A stretch of DNA of 64,000 bases from an uncultured cyanobacterium (GCA_937922745.1 CALAJO010000037.1:1240-65239); one strand, 5' to 3'; numbered from the stretch's first letter, positions 23,197 to 33,250 are shown. Notes: generated by a model not told the origin, from the sequence alone. Numbers and translations: made by a program.

Positions 23197-23928
23197 TTGA
23201 AAATGAACGTCCCTTTCCTCGCCAATGCCTCTCGCTATGCTTTTGCATCCCCATTGCGACAGCCGCAAAATGGTAAACCCCATCATCCCCATGCCTTTTC
23301 CGTGGATGCCCGGTTTGGCCATGCCCAACCCGACCCGATGGCGACCGCGGTCGATATGGTCACAACGGCTTTGGCCCAACGTGGCAATCAGCCAGAAATG
23401 TTGGGGTTTCAAGCCACGGGTGAAACCTTTGTGTTCGAGGACTTCTCCGGCGTTGCCAAGCCAACGGGGCAACCGGGAAAGAAACTGTATACGATTAGTA
23501 GAAACGGCCAGCGTCAGCCCATTGCCCAGGTTGAAGCGGACGAAGCGCAAAGCCCGTTTAAACCTATTTTTGAGGCGGCTTACGGGTTTTATCAGTTGCC
23601 GGGCGTCAACAGCACCCGCGATCTGTTCCGGATGCTGTTGGATGGGACGAAGCGGAAGTATTTCAAATGGGAGCATCTCAACACGGCGGATCGTCAAAAT
23701 TTCTCCGCAAAAGTTGGCGAGACGCAGATAACAATTGATTCTGAAGGGCGATTAACCTTATCCAAGGATCATGCCAGCTTAACCATTCTGGGGGAGGATA
23801 AAAAAATTGCGGAAGAGTTGCGGAACCTGATTCGGATACAGGTTCAGATTGCCCACTTGAGGCAGCAAATCGCGGAACTGGAAGTACAGCGGGCAGACGC
23901 CATTGGAACTGTAGAAGCGCTAATCTAA
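23197..23928 (+). CDS. Hypothetical protein with C-terminal coiled-coil
   Basis: 243 aa ORF; heptad-like C-terminus (ELRNLIRIQVQIAHLRQQIAELEVQRADAIG); no known domain. Confidence 0.45.
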   Translation: MKMNVPFLANASRYAFASPLRQPQNGKPHHPHAFSVDARFGHAQPDPMATAVDMVTTALAQRGNQPEMLGFQATGETFVFEDFSGVAKPTGQPGKKLYTISRNGQRQPIAQVEADEAQSPFKPIFEAAYGFYQLPGVNSTRDLFRMLLDGTKRKYFKWEHLNTADRQNFSAKVGETQITIDSEGRLTLSKDHASLTILGEDKKIAEELRNLIRIQVQIAHLRQQIAELEVQRADAIGTVEALI

Positions 23929-23975
23929 CGGCTTATTTTTTTCCCGGCTTCTGGTATGGTAATGGCGAAGCCATA

Positions 23976-25736
23976 TTGAGTCAGACAGAGAGGCATTGGC
24001 TATCCATGCTGCATTCGCAACGGATGAGGGAAAAAGCGCCGGAGGCGGATCCGCTTCGGCTAGGCGTGGGCTGGAGCAAGGCCGACCTGGAAAAGCCATG
24101 GGTGCTGGTGGAAACCGCGGGTGGGGATTCCCATCCCTGCTCGGTGCATTTGCAGGAGCTGGCCCGGGATGTGCGGGACGGCGTGTTAATTGCCGGTGGC
24201 GCGGTAGGCCGATATGACTGTACGGATATGTGCGATGGCGTGGCCCAGGGAACGGAGGCCATCGATCTCTCCCTGCCCAGCCGGGAACTGTTGGCGATGG
24301 CGGTGGAGCTGCATGCCATCAGCGGGCATTTTGACGGCATGGTGCTGGTATCCGGCGGGGATAAGTCCCAGCCGGGACACATATTGGCCGCGGCCCGTCT
24401 CAAAATCCCGGCCATCTTTTTGCCGGGCGGGGTGGGGGACTTGGGGCCTTCCGGGTTTTCCCTGGAGCGCGTGGGCACGATTGACGCCGAGCTTCGGCGG
24501 GGCGAACTGGAAGAAGGCGAGTACAACTTCCTCTGCGAGCATGCCTGCATGTCTGCCGGGACGTGCGAGTTTTACGGAACGTCCGGTACGATGCAAATGA
24601 TTGGGGAGGCGCTCGGGCTGGCTTTGCCCACTTCCGCGTTGCGTCCGGCGCATCTCAACCTGCACCGCCGCGGGGCAAGGCAGGCGGGTAAGCGCCTGGT
24701 AGAGATGATTCGAGAGGGCCTCACGGCAGATAAAATCCTGACGGAAAAAGCCCTTTATAATGCCCTGGTGGTGCATGCGGCCACCGGCGGGTCGTCCAAC
24801 ATCCTGCTGCACCTCCCTGCCCTGGCCGCGGAGCTGGATTTGCCGTTTGACCTCAAACATGTGGCGGAGATCAACGACAAGGTGCCGATGATTCTGAATG
24901 TCCGGCCCTCGGGTGTTCATTCCAACTCCCGGGTGTGGTATGCCGGTGGTGTGATGCGTATTATGCACGAGTTAAAGGACTTCCTACACCTGGATGCGCT
25001 AACGGTAACGGGAAAAACCCTGGGCGAAAACATGAAGGATCTGGAAGAAAGCGGCTTCTTTGCGCAGTGGCCCCGCTTCCTGGAGAATTTTGGGCTGCAA
25101 TTGCGCGATATCATTCGCCCGGTCACTGATCCGGTTGATCCGTGCGGTGGGCTCACGGTGCTGTGGGGCAATATCGCGCCGGAAGGCTCGATTATCAAGC
25201 GCTCGGCGGTGGCTGGCAGCATGCATCATTTTGTGGGACGGGCGCGGGTGTTTCACGGGCAGGAGAAAGCCTTGGCTGCTATCTATGGCGGCGTCATCCA
25301 GCCGGGAGATTGCCTGGTAATTACCGGGCAAGGCCCCAGGGCATGCGGTATGCCGGAGATGTATTATGTGACGGAGGCCATTGCGTCTTCCGCGCAGTTG
25401 CGGGAGAGTGTGGCGATTATTACGGATGGCCGTTTCTCCGGCGCAACACGCGGCCCCGCCATCGGGCACGTTTCCCCGGAGCTGGTGGCCGGCGGCCCCA
25501 TTGGCATTGTGCTGGAAAACGACCTGATTGAGATTGACGTGCCCAACAGTCGGCTGAACCTGGTTGGGGTTAACGGCGAACGCCTGTCTTCGGAGCAGAT
25601 GACGGCCGTCATTCAGGAGCGGATGAGCCGTTACCGGCCGCCATCCGTAAAAATCCGCCCCGGCTTGCTGGGGATGTATCAACGTTTGGCCGCTTCGGCG
25701 GCAAAAGGAGGAACGCTCTGTGTCCAACCGGTTTGA
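23976..25736 (+). CDS. IlvD/EDD-family dehydratase (dihydroxy-acid / sugar-acid dehydratase)
   Basis: Conserved CDG..QG...L.SRE, SGGDKSQPG, Fe-S Cys motifs; TTG at 23976 or ATG at 24006 as start. Confidence 0.85.
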   Translation: MSQTERHWLSMLHSQRMREKAPEADPLRLGVGWSKADLEKPWVLVETAGGDSHPCSVHLQELARDVRDGVLIAGGAVGRYDCTDMCDGVAQGTEAIDLSLPSRELLAMAVELHAISGHFDGMVLVSGGDKSQPGHILAAARLKIPAIFLPGGVGDLGPSGFSLERVGTIDAELRRGELEEGEYNFLCEHACMSAGTCEFYGTSGTMQMIGEALGLALPTSALRPAHLNLHRRGARQAGKRLVEMIREGLTADKILTEKALYNALVVHAATGGSSNILLHLPALAAELDLPFDLKHVAEINDKVPMILNVRPSGVHSNSRVWYAGGVMRIMHELKDFLHLDALTVTGKTLGENMKDLEESGFFAQWPRFLENFGLQLRDIIRPVTDPVDPCGGLTVLWGNIAPEGSIIKRSAVAGSMHHFVGRARVFHGQEKALAAIYGGVIQPGDCLVITGQGPRACGMPEMYYVTEAIASSAQLRESVAIITDGRFSGATRGPAIGHVSPELVAGGPIGIVLENDLIEIDVPNSRLNLVGVNGERLSSEQMTAVIQERMSRYRPPSVKIRPGLLGMYQRLAASAAKGGTLCVQPV

Positions 25737-26601
25737 ATTTATCGTGCCGCTGCTGAGCCTGGTGGATGATGAACTGAACCCCTTGCCTGAGCTGATTGCG
25801 GCCCATCTTTACCGGCTTAAGGATAATGGTGTCCACGGCGTGCTGGTGATGGGCACCACGGGGGAGTTCCCCGGTTTTAGCGTGCAGCAGCGGCAGCAGT
25901 ACCTGGAAACCGTGCAGGAAGTGAACCCGGGCTTAAACGTCATGGTGAATGTCGGGGCTGCCGCCTTTCAGGATGTGCTGGACTTGCAGGCACACGCGCT
26001 CTCCCAGCCCCAGGTTACGGAACTGTTGTGGATGCCGCCGTTTTATTATCCCGGCTCAAGCGTTAATGGCCTGGAAGCCATGTTGATGGAAATTCTTCGC
26101 AAACACGCCGAGGATATTCCATTTCTGGTTTATCATTACCCCAAGATGAGCCAGGTCTCCTTTGAACCGGACTTTCTGGAAAAATTTCCGCAACTTGCGG
26201 GCCTTAAGGATACCTCGGGGGATTATGATCGTATTGGCAGGCTGGTTCAACGCTTTCCGCATTACAGGGTTTACACGGGGACGGATTATGAAATCACCCG
26301 CTCCCGGGAATTAGGCTGCCACGGCATTATTTCCGGGATGGGCAACGTCTTCCCGGAGTTGATCCACCAGGTCATCCATCACGGGGAAAAATCGCTAGAA
26401 GCCAGGCTTAAACAGTATCGCACCGTGTTTGGGCATTTCTGTAAAATCCCGGCGATGAAGGCTTACTTGAATTCGCTGGCGCTGAATGACCTGCAAACAT
26501 CTTGCGCCTTGCCTTTTCAATCGCTTACCCATGAAGAAATTGATCAACTGCTGGCCGCTATTGCAGAAATTAAGGAAGGACACCATGCCAATGCCGGATA
26601 A
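25720..26601 (+). CDS. DapA/NAL-family class I aldolase (dihydrodipicolinate synthase family; likely 2-keto-3-deoxy-sugar-acid aldolase)
   Basis: GVHGVLVMGTTGEF motif; GTG start with aaaaggagg SD; overlaps the dehydratase stop. Confidence 0.8.
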   Translation: MSNRFEFIVPLLSLVDDELNPLPELIAAHLYRLKDNGVHGVLVMGTTGEFPGFSVQQRQQYLETVQEVNPGLNVMVNVGAAAFQDVLDLQAHALSQPQVTELLWMPPFYYPGSSVNGLEAMLMEILRKHAEDIPFLVYHYPKMSQVSFEPDFLEKFPQLAGLKDTSGDYDRIGRLVQRFPHYRVYTGTDYEITRSRELGCHGIISGMGNVFPELIHQVIHHGEKSLEARLKQYRTVFGHFCKIPAMKAYLNSLALNDLQTSCALPFQSLTHEEIDQLLAAIAEIKEGHHANAG

Positions 26602-27238
26602 TGCTGTACGGATTATCGATATTTCGGTTCCCATCCATCCCGATATGCCCATTTATCCCGGTGATCCCGGCGTGTCGTTCGAGCCGGCAATGGATATGGC
26701 TTGCGGGGAAGCTGCCAATGTAACCCGCGTGAGCATGGGCTCGCAAACAGGGACGCATTTCGATACGCCGCATCATATCCTGAACAACGGCGTCACAATT
26801 GAGCAGGTGCCGCTGACGCAGTGTTATGGCCCGGCAACGGTCGTGGAAGTCCCGCCGGAGATTCAGGCTATTGACCAGGCTGTTTTAGCGCGGTTTAACT
26901 TGCAGGGCTGCAAGCGCCTGCTGCTGAAAACCCGCAACAGCGCGTTTTGGCAGACGGACAGGAATCGCTTTCGGGAAGACTTTGCCGCGTTAACAACGGA
27001 CGGGGCAGCCTATGTGGCGTCCCTTGGCGTTGAACTCATTGGCATTGATTATCTTTCGATCGAGCTGTTTGATTCCAGCGATTTAGGCGCGCATAAGGCC
27101 TTGCTGAACCAGAACGTCCTCATCCTGGAAGGCTTAAACCTGGCCGATGTTCCATCTGGTGACTATACACTCGCCGCGTTTCCCATTAAATACCATGGGT
27201 TGGATGGCGCGCCGACACGCGCGGTCTTGATTGGATAA
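26585..27238 (+). CDS. Cyclase-family protein (kynurenine formamidase-like metal-dependent hydrolase)
   Basis: HPDMPIYPGDP...GTHFDTPHH motifs of the cyclase family (PF04199-like); ATG at 26585 after a ggaagga SD (ORF opens earlier at 26486). Confidence 0.75.
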   Translation: MPMPDNAVRIIDISVPIHPDMPIYPGDPGVSFEPAMDMACGEAANVTRVSMGSQTGTHFDTPHHILNNGVTIEQVPLTQCYGPATVVEVPPEIQAIDQAVLARFNLQGCKRLLLKTRNSAFWQTDRNRFREDFAALTTDGAAYVASLGVELIGIDYLSIELFDSSDLGAHKALLNQNVLILEGLNLADVPSGDYTLAAFPIKYHGLDGAPTRAVLIG

Positions 27239-27444
27239 AAAAGGTTAAATTCAAGCCGGCATCTGAATCGGAAGCCCAAGCGGCAGATAGCTTGGGGATA
27301 TACACTATTGAAAATTGTGAATTGATTATTAAAACAATATTTATATTAAAATTAAAACAAGTATTACGTACTACTATGATAGAAGTCACATTGTATTTTA
27401 TTTGAGTGTGTAGAGAAAGCAAGTCACATTAAGGAGGAGGATTA

Positions 27445-27882
27445 ATGCGGGTTCCCGTGAATAATTTATTCATGAATCCTGCCATCAATCATTCTCAGAA
27501 TCCTTTTGCGTTGTCAGGTGGTTTGTCAGCCGTACAGGGGCAACAAGTTCAAAACCCGTTCGCGTTGCCAAGCAACAACACCCCCTCTTTGGATCTGGGC
27601 AACCAGGCCATCCAAAGCTACTTTGAGGATATGAGAAAGGCCATTGGCAAGAGTGATAACCAGTTTTCCGATCAGGACTTTTCCAGGTTCGAGCAGATCC
27701 TGGTGAATGCCCGCGATTTGCTGGATGATACCATCCAGTTTTCCGAGCGGGCGTCTTCCCCAACGGATCTGTTCCAGCAGCAGAAGCAGGAACTGGAAAA
27801 GAACCTGAGCATGACCAAGGCGATTGCCAATTTCTTCAAGCAGCAATCGCCTGGAGCGGTTCAACAGCCAAACATTGCCTGA
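27445..27882 (+). CDS. Small hypothetical protein (145 aa) with duplicated QNPFAL motif
   Basis: Very strong SD aaggaggagga; strongly AT-rich 200-bp upstream region; Gln-rich sequence. Confidence 0.55.
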   Translation: MRVPVNNLFMNPAINHSQNPFALSGGLSAVQGQQVQNPFALPSNNTPSLDLGNQAIQSYFEDMRKAIGKSDNQFSDQDFSRFEQILVNARDLLDDTIQFSERASSPTDLFQQQKQELEKNLSMTKAIANFFKQQSPGAVQQPNIA

Positions 27883-28113
27883 TGCCATAAGGGTATAAGA
27901 ATCACATTGGAGAGAGAGGATAACCTTCTAACTCCCGGCCTGGACGACATGGTTTGTCGTCACGAGGTCGGGAGTTGGTTCCTCTCATTATTCTTAGCGT
28001 TATAGGCTTAAACCAGCTTGAAAAAGCGGAGAGTCCTGACGAGGCCTGGGGAATGACAAACTATTTGAAACCAATCGACCTTTTATGTACAATCTCCTAA
28101 CAAACTCAATCGT

Positions 28114-28190
28114 GCGCTGTTAGCTCAGTTGGATAGAGTGCATGGCTACGAACCATGAGGTCGGGAGTTCGAATCTCTCACAGCGCACCA
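28114..28190 (+). tRNA. tRNA-Arg (anticodon ACG), CCA encoded
   Basis: 7-bp acceptor stem GCGCTGT/ACAGCGC, D-loop AGTTGGATAGAG, anticodon loop CTACGAA, T-arm GGTCGGGAGTTCGAATCTCTC; followed by a T5 run. Confidence 0.9.
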
Positions 28191-28350
28191 CTTTTTAGAA
28201 GCACCCCGAAATAGGGTGCTTTTGTCTTTTGCACTTTTTCGCTGTGATAAGCAATGGCTTTGACTTGTTATAGCCCGATTTTGGATAGGCTTTTGTACCT
28301 GGTAAGATAGGGATTGAATCACATTATTTGGCGGTTGAAGGAAGCGAAGA

Positions 28351-28905
28351 ATGTCCATCACATTGGACGTGGCATGCACCGAGCAGCACTTTGAGCAGAT
28401 TCTGCAATTGCAGCAGCAGAACTGGCTCGGCGCTATCAGCCAATCGCAGCAGGTTAACGAAGGCTTTGTGTTTGCGAAGCATACCGTACCGTTGTTACAG
28501 AAAATGTCGACGTACCTGCCGCAGGTAATCGCCTTGGATGGAGGAAAGGTTATAGGGTATAACCTGGCGATGCTGGCCTCCATGCGGGAGGAGCTGCCCA
28601 TCCTGATACCCATGTTTGATGAGTTTGAGAAAGCCCGGTACAAAGGCAGCCCTTTAAAGGAGCGCAAGTATTTTGTTGGCGGGCAGGTTTGTGTGGATAA
28701 GGCCTATCGAGGGCAAGGCCTGCTAAAAAAGTTGTACCACGCAACACGAGACAGGCTGGCAGATGACTATGAACTTTGCGTCACGGAAATTGCCGTTAAT
28801 AACGCCATCTCTTTAAAAGCCCATGCCAAAATGGGATTTGAGGTCATCGGGGATTACCATGACGGCGCAACGCATTGGAATGTGGTGGCCTGGCCGCTTT
28901 CTTAG
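28351..28905 (+). CDS. GNAT-family N-acetyltransferase
   Basis: GQVCVDKAYRGQGLLKKL (acetyl-CoA-binding Q/RxxGxG/A motif) in a 184-aa protein. Confidence 0.7.
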   Translation: MSITLDVACTEQHFEQILQLQQQNWLGAISQSQQVNEGFVFAKHTVPLLQKMSTYLPQVIALDGGKVIGYNLAMLASMREELPILIPMFDEFEKARYKGSPLKERKYFVGGQVCVDKAYRGQGLLKKLYHATRDRLADDYELCVTEIAVNNAISLKAHAKMGFEVIGDYHDGATHWNVVAWPLS

Positions 28906-29121
28906 ATCCAGAAGACGTGGATGATATTAAATGCAGTCGTTCAAACGCCATTTATTTGCAGGGCTTGTGTTCCTCAGCCTGGTTTCTGGATATTGATACA
29001 CAAATCGGGGCTTTAACATACCTTCACTAACCCATACCGGTTTGTATGATCTTCAGCAAAATATTTTAATTAGTTGTTTTTATATATTTAATGATGTTTT
29101 AGTGTGTTTTAAGGAATGGGA

Positions 29122-30747
29122 ATGGCAATTGATGGCCAATTGAATAAGCCTGCTGCTTATACCAGAAAGACCAGGGATATGACCGCTGCTGAAGCGGATG
29201 CCGTCGCCAGTAATACTGAGAAGAATTGGAAGCCTGCGCCTAAGGCGAGTCCTCCCGCCCAAAATGCGTTGGAGCCCGGCCTTGTCCCAGGAAAATCTCC
29301 TGCCAAAAAACCTGGCATTGCCCCAAAAAAGGCAGTCACAGCCGAAGATATCCGCATTAATAACTTTGTTGCACAGGCTGCCAAAGCACCGGATCAGCCA
29401 TCAGCGCAAGTAGAGCAGTTGGCTGCGCCACAGCAGGCAACAGGGGCCGTCACCTCCGGCAAGCTTTCCTCAACGGCCAAGATAAGCCTGAGTAAGCCAG
29501 GCACCAAACCGCCCGCAAAAGATCCGGTTAACGAGGCGATGCGTTTGCGCTTACGGGATGAAATTGATACAAGAAACCATCCGCAAAAGGTGGAACAGGC
29601 CAGGACAACTGCGCTGAATTCCCGGTTGCAGACGGCGCAAGCCAATTTCGACGCACAGCTTGAGTCCGAGTTTTTCCGCTCCCAGCAAACCGGGGATACA
29701 CGGCGTTTGCAGCAACTAAAGACGGATCATACGCTGACCCAGGAATATTATCACCAACAGCATAAAGGCGAAATACCGGCATATTTAACCCGCGATGAAT
29801 ATGTGGACTTCGTGGGCAGATATCGGCAAAATGCCAGGCGTTACTGGAATGAAGCCCAGGCTCTGTATGATAATGGTATTCCTAACAGCCTGATTACGGC
29901 TGAGGACAGGGAAGGGTTTGTGAGCAGTACGGTTAACCGCCGGTTACGTAACGATAACGATGAGTATGTGTACCAGCAGTATGTGCAGGCCAACCTTCTC
30001 GACCCGACTAAAGTAAGCCTGACTGAATTTAAGCAGCAGCAAAGGCTGGCACGTGAACAGCAGCAAGCGGAAGATGCTGCACGGCGGGCCTACGAGTCTC
30101 AAAGGCGGTTTGAGCAGGCCAGTTGGAACCTCCAGGACTTTAAATTGCCCACAGACGGTTCACCTATACCCTGGCGCCCGGCCCGAACGGAGGAAGAAGC
30201 CATTATGATGGGCCAAGTGTTGGGGATTGACTATGTTAACGCCCGCCACGTTAAACCCACGCTGCAACAAATGAATGACTTTAACCAAGCGGTTGCGAAT
30301 ATGCCCGGGCATGTGATCAAAACGCTTTTGGATAATAATACGGGGTTGTATGGTTATCCAGGCCAACGGGTGGATGATCATCCGAATTTTCGGACTGAAA
30401 AAATCCGGGGAAATAATATTGGCTATAGCGGCTATTTCGATAGAAAGGCCATTACCACTTTAGCTCCCGGCTATCAATGGGTTGCCCTGCATGAGAATGC
30501 CCATACATATGCTGCATTGACAGGTTTCCCGGATTTGACTGAAGAATGGGCAGCTTTGACTGACCGATATTTGAAATATTGGGAAGGCACGCATCATGAA
30601 ACGCCCGTAGAAAGCTTTGCACAAGCCAGTACATTATATTTCCTCAGTCCTCAAGCAAGAAACAGCTTGCCACAACCCGTTAGGACTTTTTTGGAAAAAG
30701 TTTACAGCCCGGAATATCTTCAATCCCTTAATTCGGCACAACTTTAG
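29122..30747 (+). CDS. Effector-like protein: Lys/Pro/Ala-rich disordered N-terminus, coiled-coil Gln-rich middle, C-terminal HExxH (ALHENAH) metalloprotease-like domain
   Basis: AT-rich upstream, AAGGAA SD; HExxH plus downstream E/H candidates; no confident family assignment. Confidence 0.6.
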   Translation: MAIDGQLNKPAAYTRKTRDMTAAEADAVASNTEKNWKPAPKASPPAQNALEPGLVPGKSPAKKPGIAPKKAVTAEDIRINNFVAQAAKAPDQPSAQVEQLAAPQQATGAVTSGKLSSTAKISLSKPGTKPPAKDPVNEAMRLRLRDEIDTRNHPQKVEQARTTALNSRLQTAQANFDAQLESEFFRSQQTGDTRRLQQLKTDHTLTQEYYHQQHKGEIPAYLTRDEYVDFVGRYRQNARRYWNEAQALYDNGIPNSLITAEDREGFVSSTVNRRLRNDNDEYVYQQYVQANLLDPTKVSLTEFKQQQRLAREQQQAEDAARRAYESQRRFEQASWNLQDFKLPTDGSPIPWRPARTEEEAIMMGQVLGIDYVNARHVKPTLQQMNDFNQAVANMPGHVIKTLLDNNTGLYGYPGQRVDDHPNFRTEKIRGNNIGYSGYFDRKAITTLAPGYQWVALHENAHTYAALTGFPDLTEEWAALTDRYLKYWEGTHHETPVESFAQASTLYFLSPQARNSLPQPVRTFLEKVYSPEYLQSLNSAQL

Positions 30748-30818
30748 GGCACATTTGCGCAAAACTTTTTCCGGCAGTTGGAAGTACAGTGGGTTTGAAT
30801 GTCAGGCTGAGTAAGTAA

Positions 30819-31295
30819 CTAGGCAGGCGCATCGCCGGAGTTCGGCTTGAGTGACCTAATGGTCTGCGCGACAGCGACTCTCAGCGAATCCAGGCGTGTA
30901 TCGGCCTCGGTTGCGGGCATGGCCCGGTGAGCTTCATCCAGACGGTACGATGTGCCCTTAATCAGGATTACAAAGCCTGGGATTTTGCCCGCAGCAACCA
31001 GAAGTTGGCGGAGTTCTTTCACAAAGGCGTTAATCCCCGGGAAAAGCGGCTGGAAGTCCGGGCGGGTCAAGAACAGCGATAATTGGTCGTGCAGCTTCAG
31101 TCGGCCTTTTTTCTTGCCGGGCTCCTGCCAGCGAACGTCATCGATGAGCTGGAAAGCCGCTGTATCCAAAGGGGTTGCCAACACCTTATCGCGAATGAAT
31201 TCCATATACTGTGCCGTGTAAGCTGGGTTTGCTGTACCAAAGCGGGCAGCGCCGGAAGCGGACGGCAACGGTTTTACGCTTGGGATGGATGACAT
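30819..31295 (-). CDS. Hypothetical protein (158 aa)
   Basis: Clean ORF convergent with the previous gene; no motif. Confidence 0.4.
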   Translation of the reverse strand: MSSIPSVKPLPSASGAARFGTANPAYTAQYMEFIRDKVLATPLDTAAFQLIDDVRWQEPGKKKGRLKLHDQLSLFLTRPDFQPLFPGINAFVKELRQLLVAAGKIPGFVILIKGTSYRLDEAHRAMPATEADTRLDSLRVAVAQTIRSLKPNSGDAPA

Positions 31296-31373
31296 AGGTT
31301 GAGCCTCTCGTCTAATTTCTTAAAATCCATGGCAAAACTGTAGCGAAAACACATTGCCAGGTCGAGCTGGTGA

Positions 31374-31964
31374 TCAGTGACCAGCTTGGGCGCGCATACA
31401 GGCATGGTAGCGGAAGCAGGTGACGAGGTGGTCGTTAACCATGCCGGAGGCTTGCATAAACGCGTAGCAAATGGTGGAGCCCACAAAGCTGAAGCCATGG
31501 CGCTTCAGTGCCTTGCTCATCGCATCGGACTGGGGCGAGGTGGCAGGGATGTCCTTCATCTCTGCCCAGGCGTTCACCAGGGTTTGGCCCTCGGTAAACT
31601 GCCAGATGAACGCATCGAAACTGCCATATTGCTCCTGGATTTTCAAAAAAGCCCTGGCATTCTGGATACTGGACAGAATTTTCTGACGGTTGCGAATGAT
31701 GCCGGCGTTGGCGAGCAGTTCCGCGATTTTGGCGTCATCGTAGCGGGCCACTTCCTCCGCGTCAAAGTTATCGTAGGCTTGCCGGTAGGCGGCCCGCTTC
31801 TGCAACACGGTGTTCCAGCTCAGCCCGGCCTGCGCCCCGTCCAGTACCAGGTGTTCAAACAGCAGGCGATCGTTGTGGACGGGGACGCCCCATTCGGTAT
31901 CGTGGTACTGAACCATTAAGTCGTTGGATTTTGACCAGTCGCAGCGGATAAGGGGTTCATTCAT
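31374..31964 (-). CDS. tag: DNA-3-methyladenine glycosylase I
   Basis: Conserved YHD.EWG.P..D, LSW and Zn-binding C/H pattern of Tag; 196 aa. Confidence 0.88.
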   Translation of the reverse strand: MNEPLIRCDWSKSNDLMVQYHDTEWGVPVHNDRLLFEHLVLDGAQAGLSWNTVLQKRAAYRQAYDNFDAEEVARYDDAKIAELLANAGIIRNRQKILSSIQNARAFLKIQEQYGSFDAFIWQFTEGQTLVNAWAEMKDIPATSPQSDAMSKALKRHGFSFVGSTICYAFMQASGMVNDHLVTCFRYHACMRAQAGH

Positions 31965-32245
31965 TGTGTCAGTGCCTGGGAAAAATAATAAATCGAGCCC
32001 GTCACGTGGCCTTCCACCGTGGTGAGTACCACAAACCCGTGCTTGGATTTAAAGATGGCCTTGACCACTTCCCGCCGTCCACCGGTTTCCCGCGGATCCA
32101 GGCCGTATTTCTCGGCCACGGTCAGCATCCCGTATTCCCTTGGCACGCGGATCTTGGTGAGTTGGGTGTCCGTGGCGCTCGGGTCAAACTGCTGCACAAA
32201 TTGCAGATACAAATCCCGCCACTGGAAGGTTGCTTTCGCCGGCAT
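31961..32245 (-). CDS. Small hypothetical protein (94 aa) translationally coupled to tag
   Basis: 4-nt ATGA overlap with the tag start. Confidence 0.45.
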   Translation of the reverse strand: MPAKATFQWRDLYLQFVQQFDPSATDTQLTKIRVPREYGMLTVAEKYGLDPRETGGRREVVKAIFKSKHGFVVLTTVEGHVTGSIYYFSQALTQ

Positions 32246-32320
32246 AATTCACCCGAATGAAGCGATGACAGGTAATACCATAGCATCAGGATAACACACG
32301 TACCAGTGGCGATTGAAAAA

Positions 32321-33250
32321 TCAGGGCGGCAAAAACGCACCATCCAGGATAACCGGCAAGTGATCCGAACCCACGTTGGGCCCGTTGGCCCTGCTTCGGA
32401 TGGCGATGTCCCGGCTAACCAGGATATGATCGATGGGCAGAACGGGCAGTGGGTTTTGCTGCTGCGTTTTGGGGAAATAAGCCGGGTAAGTGGGCCAGGC
32501 CCCAAACCCCTGTTGTGTATTGATGAATTGGGTTTGGGTCATTATTTCCTTAAAATGGCTCGACCACGGCGTTACGTTCAAGTCCCCGATTAAAAGCGTT
32601 GTTTCGCTTGGGGAAGGGAGCAATGCCGCTAACTTGCTCACCTGGTGCCCATAGCGATGCGCATCAAAGGGCCGGGTCATATGTGCCACAATGAGCGTGA
32701 CCGGCTTCTTGCCCAGATGTGTCGTAACTTTCATCAATGCCGGATCTGTTGACTGATGGTACAGCGTTAACGGTTTTTGACTGTAAACCACGAGCCGCGC
32801 ATTAAAGGACACGGCCTTATACGGGTAAATCCGCCGGATTCCCAACTTCGTTAAAGCCGCATCCATGGGTTCCCGGTATTCTTCCATAACGGCTAAATCC
32901 GCCTGGGACTGCCTTAAAAAGTGATACACGCGTTGCGGATGGCGATTGGAGGCCCAGACGTTAAGCTGAACCAGGCGAAACGGCCCCGATGCGTTTGCGG
33001 TGTTTGGATGTTGAGGCGAAAACAACGGTAGGACAAGCACCAGGTTGAATATCAGGAAAGTGCCGATGATACCGACCAGTTGCCACTGCCGGGAGAACGA
33101 TAAATAAGCCACGCCCGCAATCAGTATCGCACAGTAAACCAGCCGGAAATGACTGGTAATATCCAGGAGACCGCTCCATTCCCCCAATAACCCGGCCACG
33201 CTGAGCAGCGCCGTGATGATTAAAAGCAGATGGATCAGGTGTTTCAGCAA
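32321..33250 (-). CDS. Endonuclease/exonuclease/phosphatase (EEP)-family protein with N-terminal transmembrane helices
   Basis: C-terminal GSDHLPV motif typical of the EEP fold; three predicted N-terminal TM segments. Confidence 0.7.
   Translation of the reverse strand: MLKHLIHLLLIITALLSVAGLLGEWSGLLDITSHFRLVYCAILIAGVAYLSFSRQWQLVGIIGTFLIFNLVLVLPLFSPQHPNTANASGPFRLVQLNVWASNRHPQRVYHFLRQSQADLAVMEEYREPMDAALTKLGIRRIYPYKAVSFNARLVVYSQKPLTLYHQSTDPALMKVTTHLGKKPVTLIVAHMTRPFDAHRYGHQVSKLAALLPSPSETTLLIGDLNVTPWSSHFKEIMTQTQFINTQQGFGAWPTYPAYFPKTQQQNPLPVLPIDHILVSRDIAIRSRANGPNVGSDHLPVILDGAFLPP

Noticed and set aside
24186-25727. 260-aa and 242-aa minus-strand ORFs inside the dehydratase gene
   Set aside because: Antisense artefacts
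28146-28667. 173-aa minus-strand ORF overlapping tRNA-Arg and the GNAT gene
   Set aside because: Overlaps a well-formed tRNA and a motif-bearing GNAT gene; Cys/Ser-rich nonsense translation
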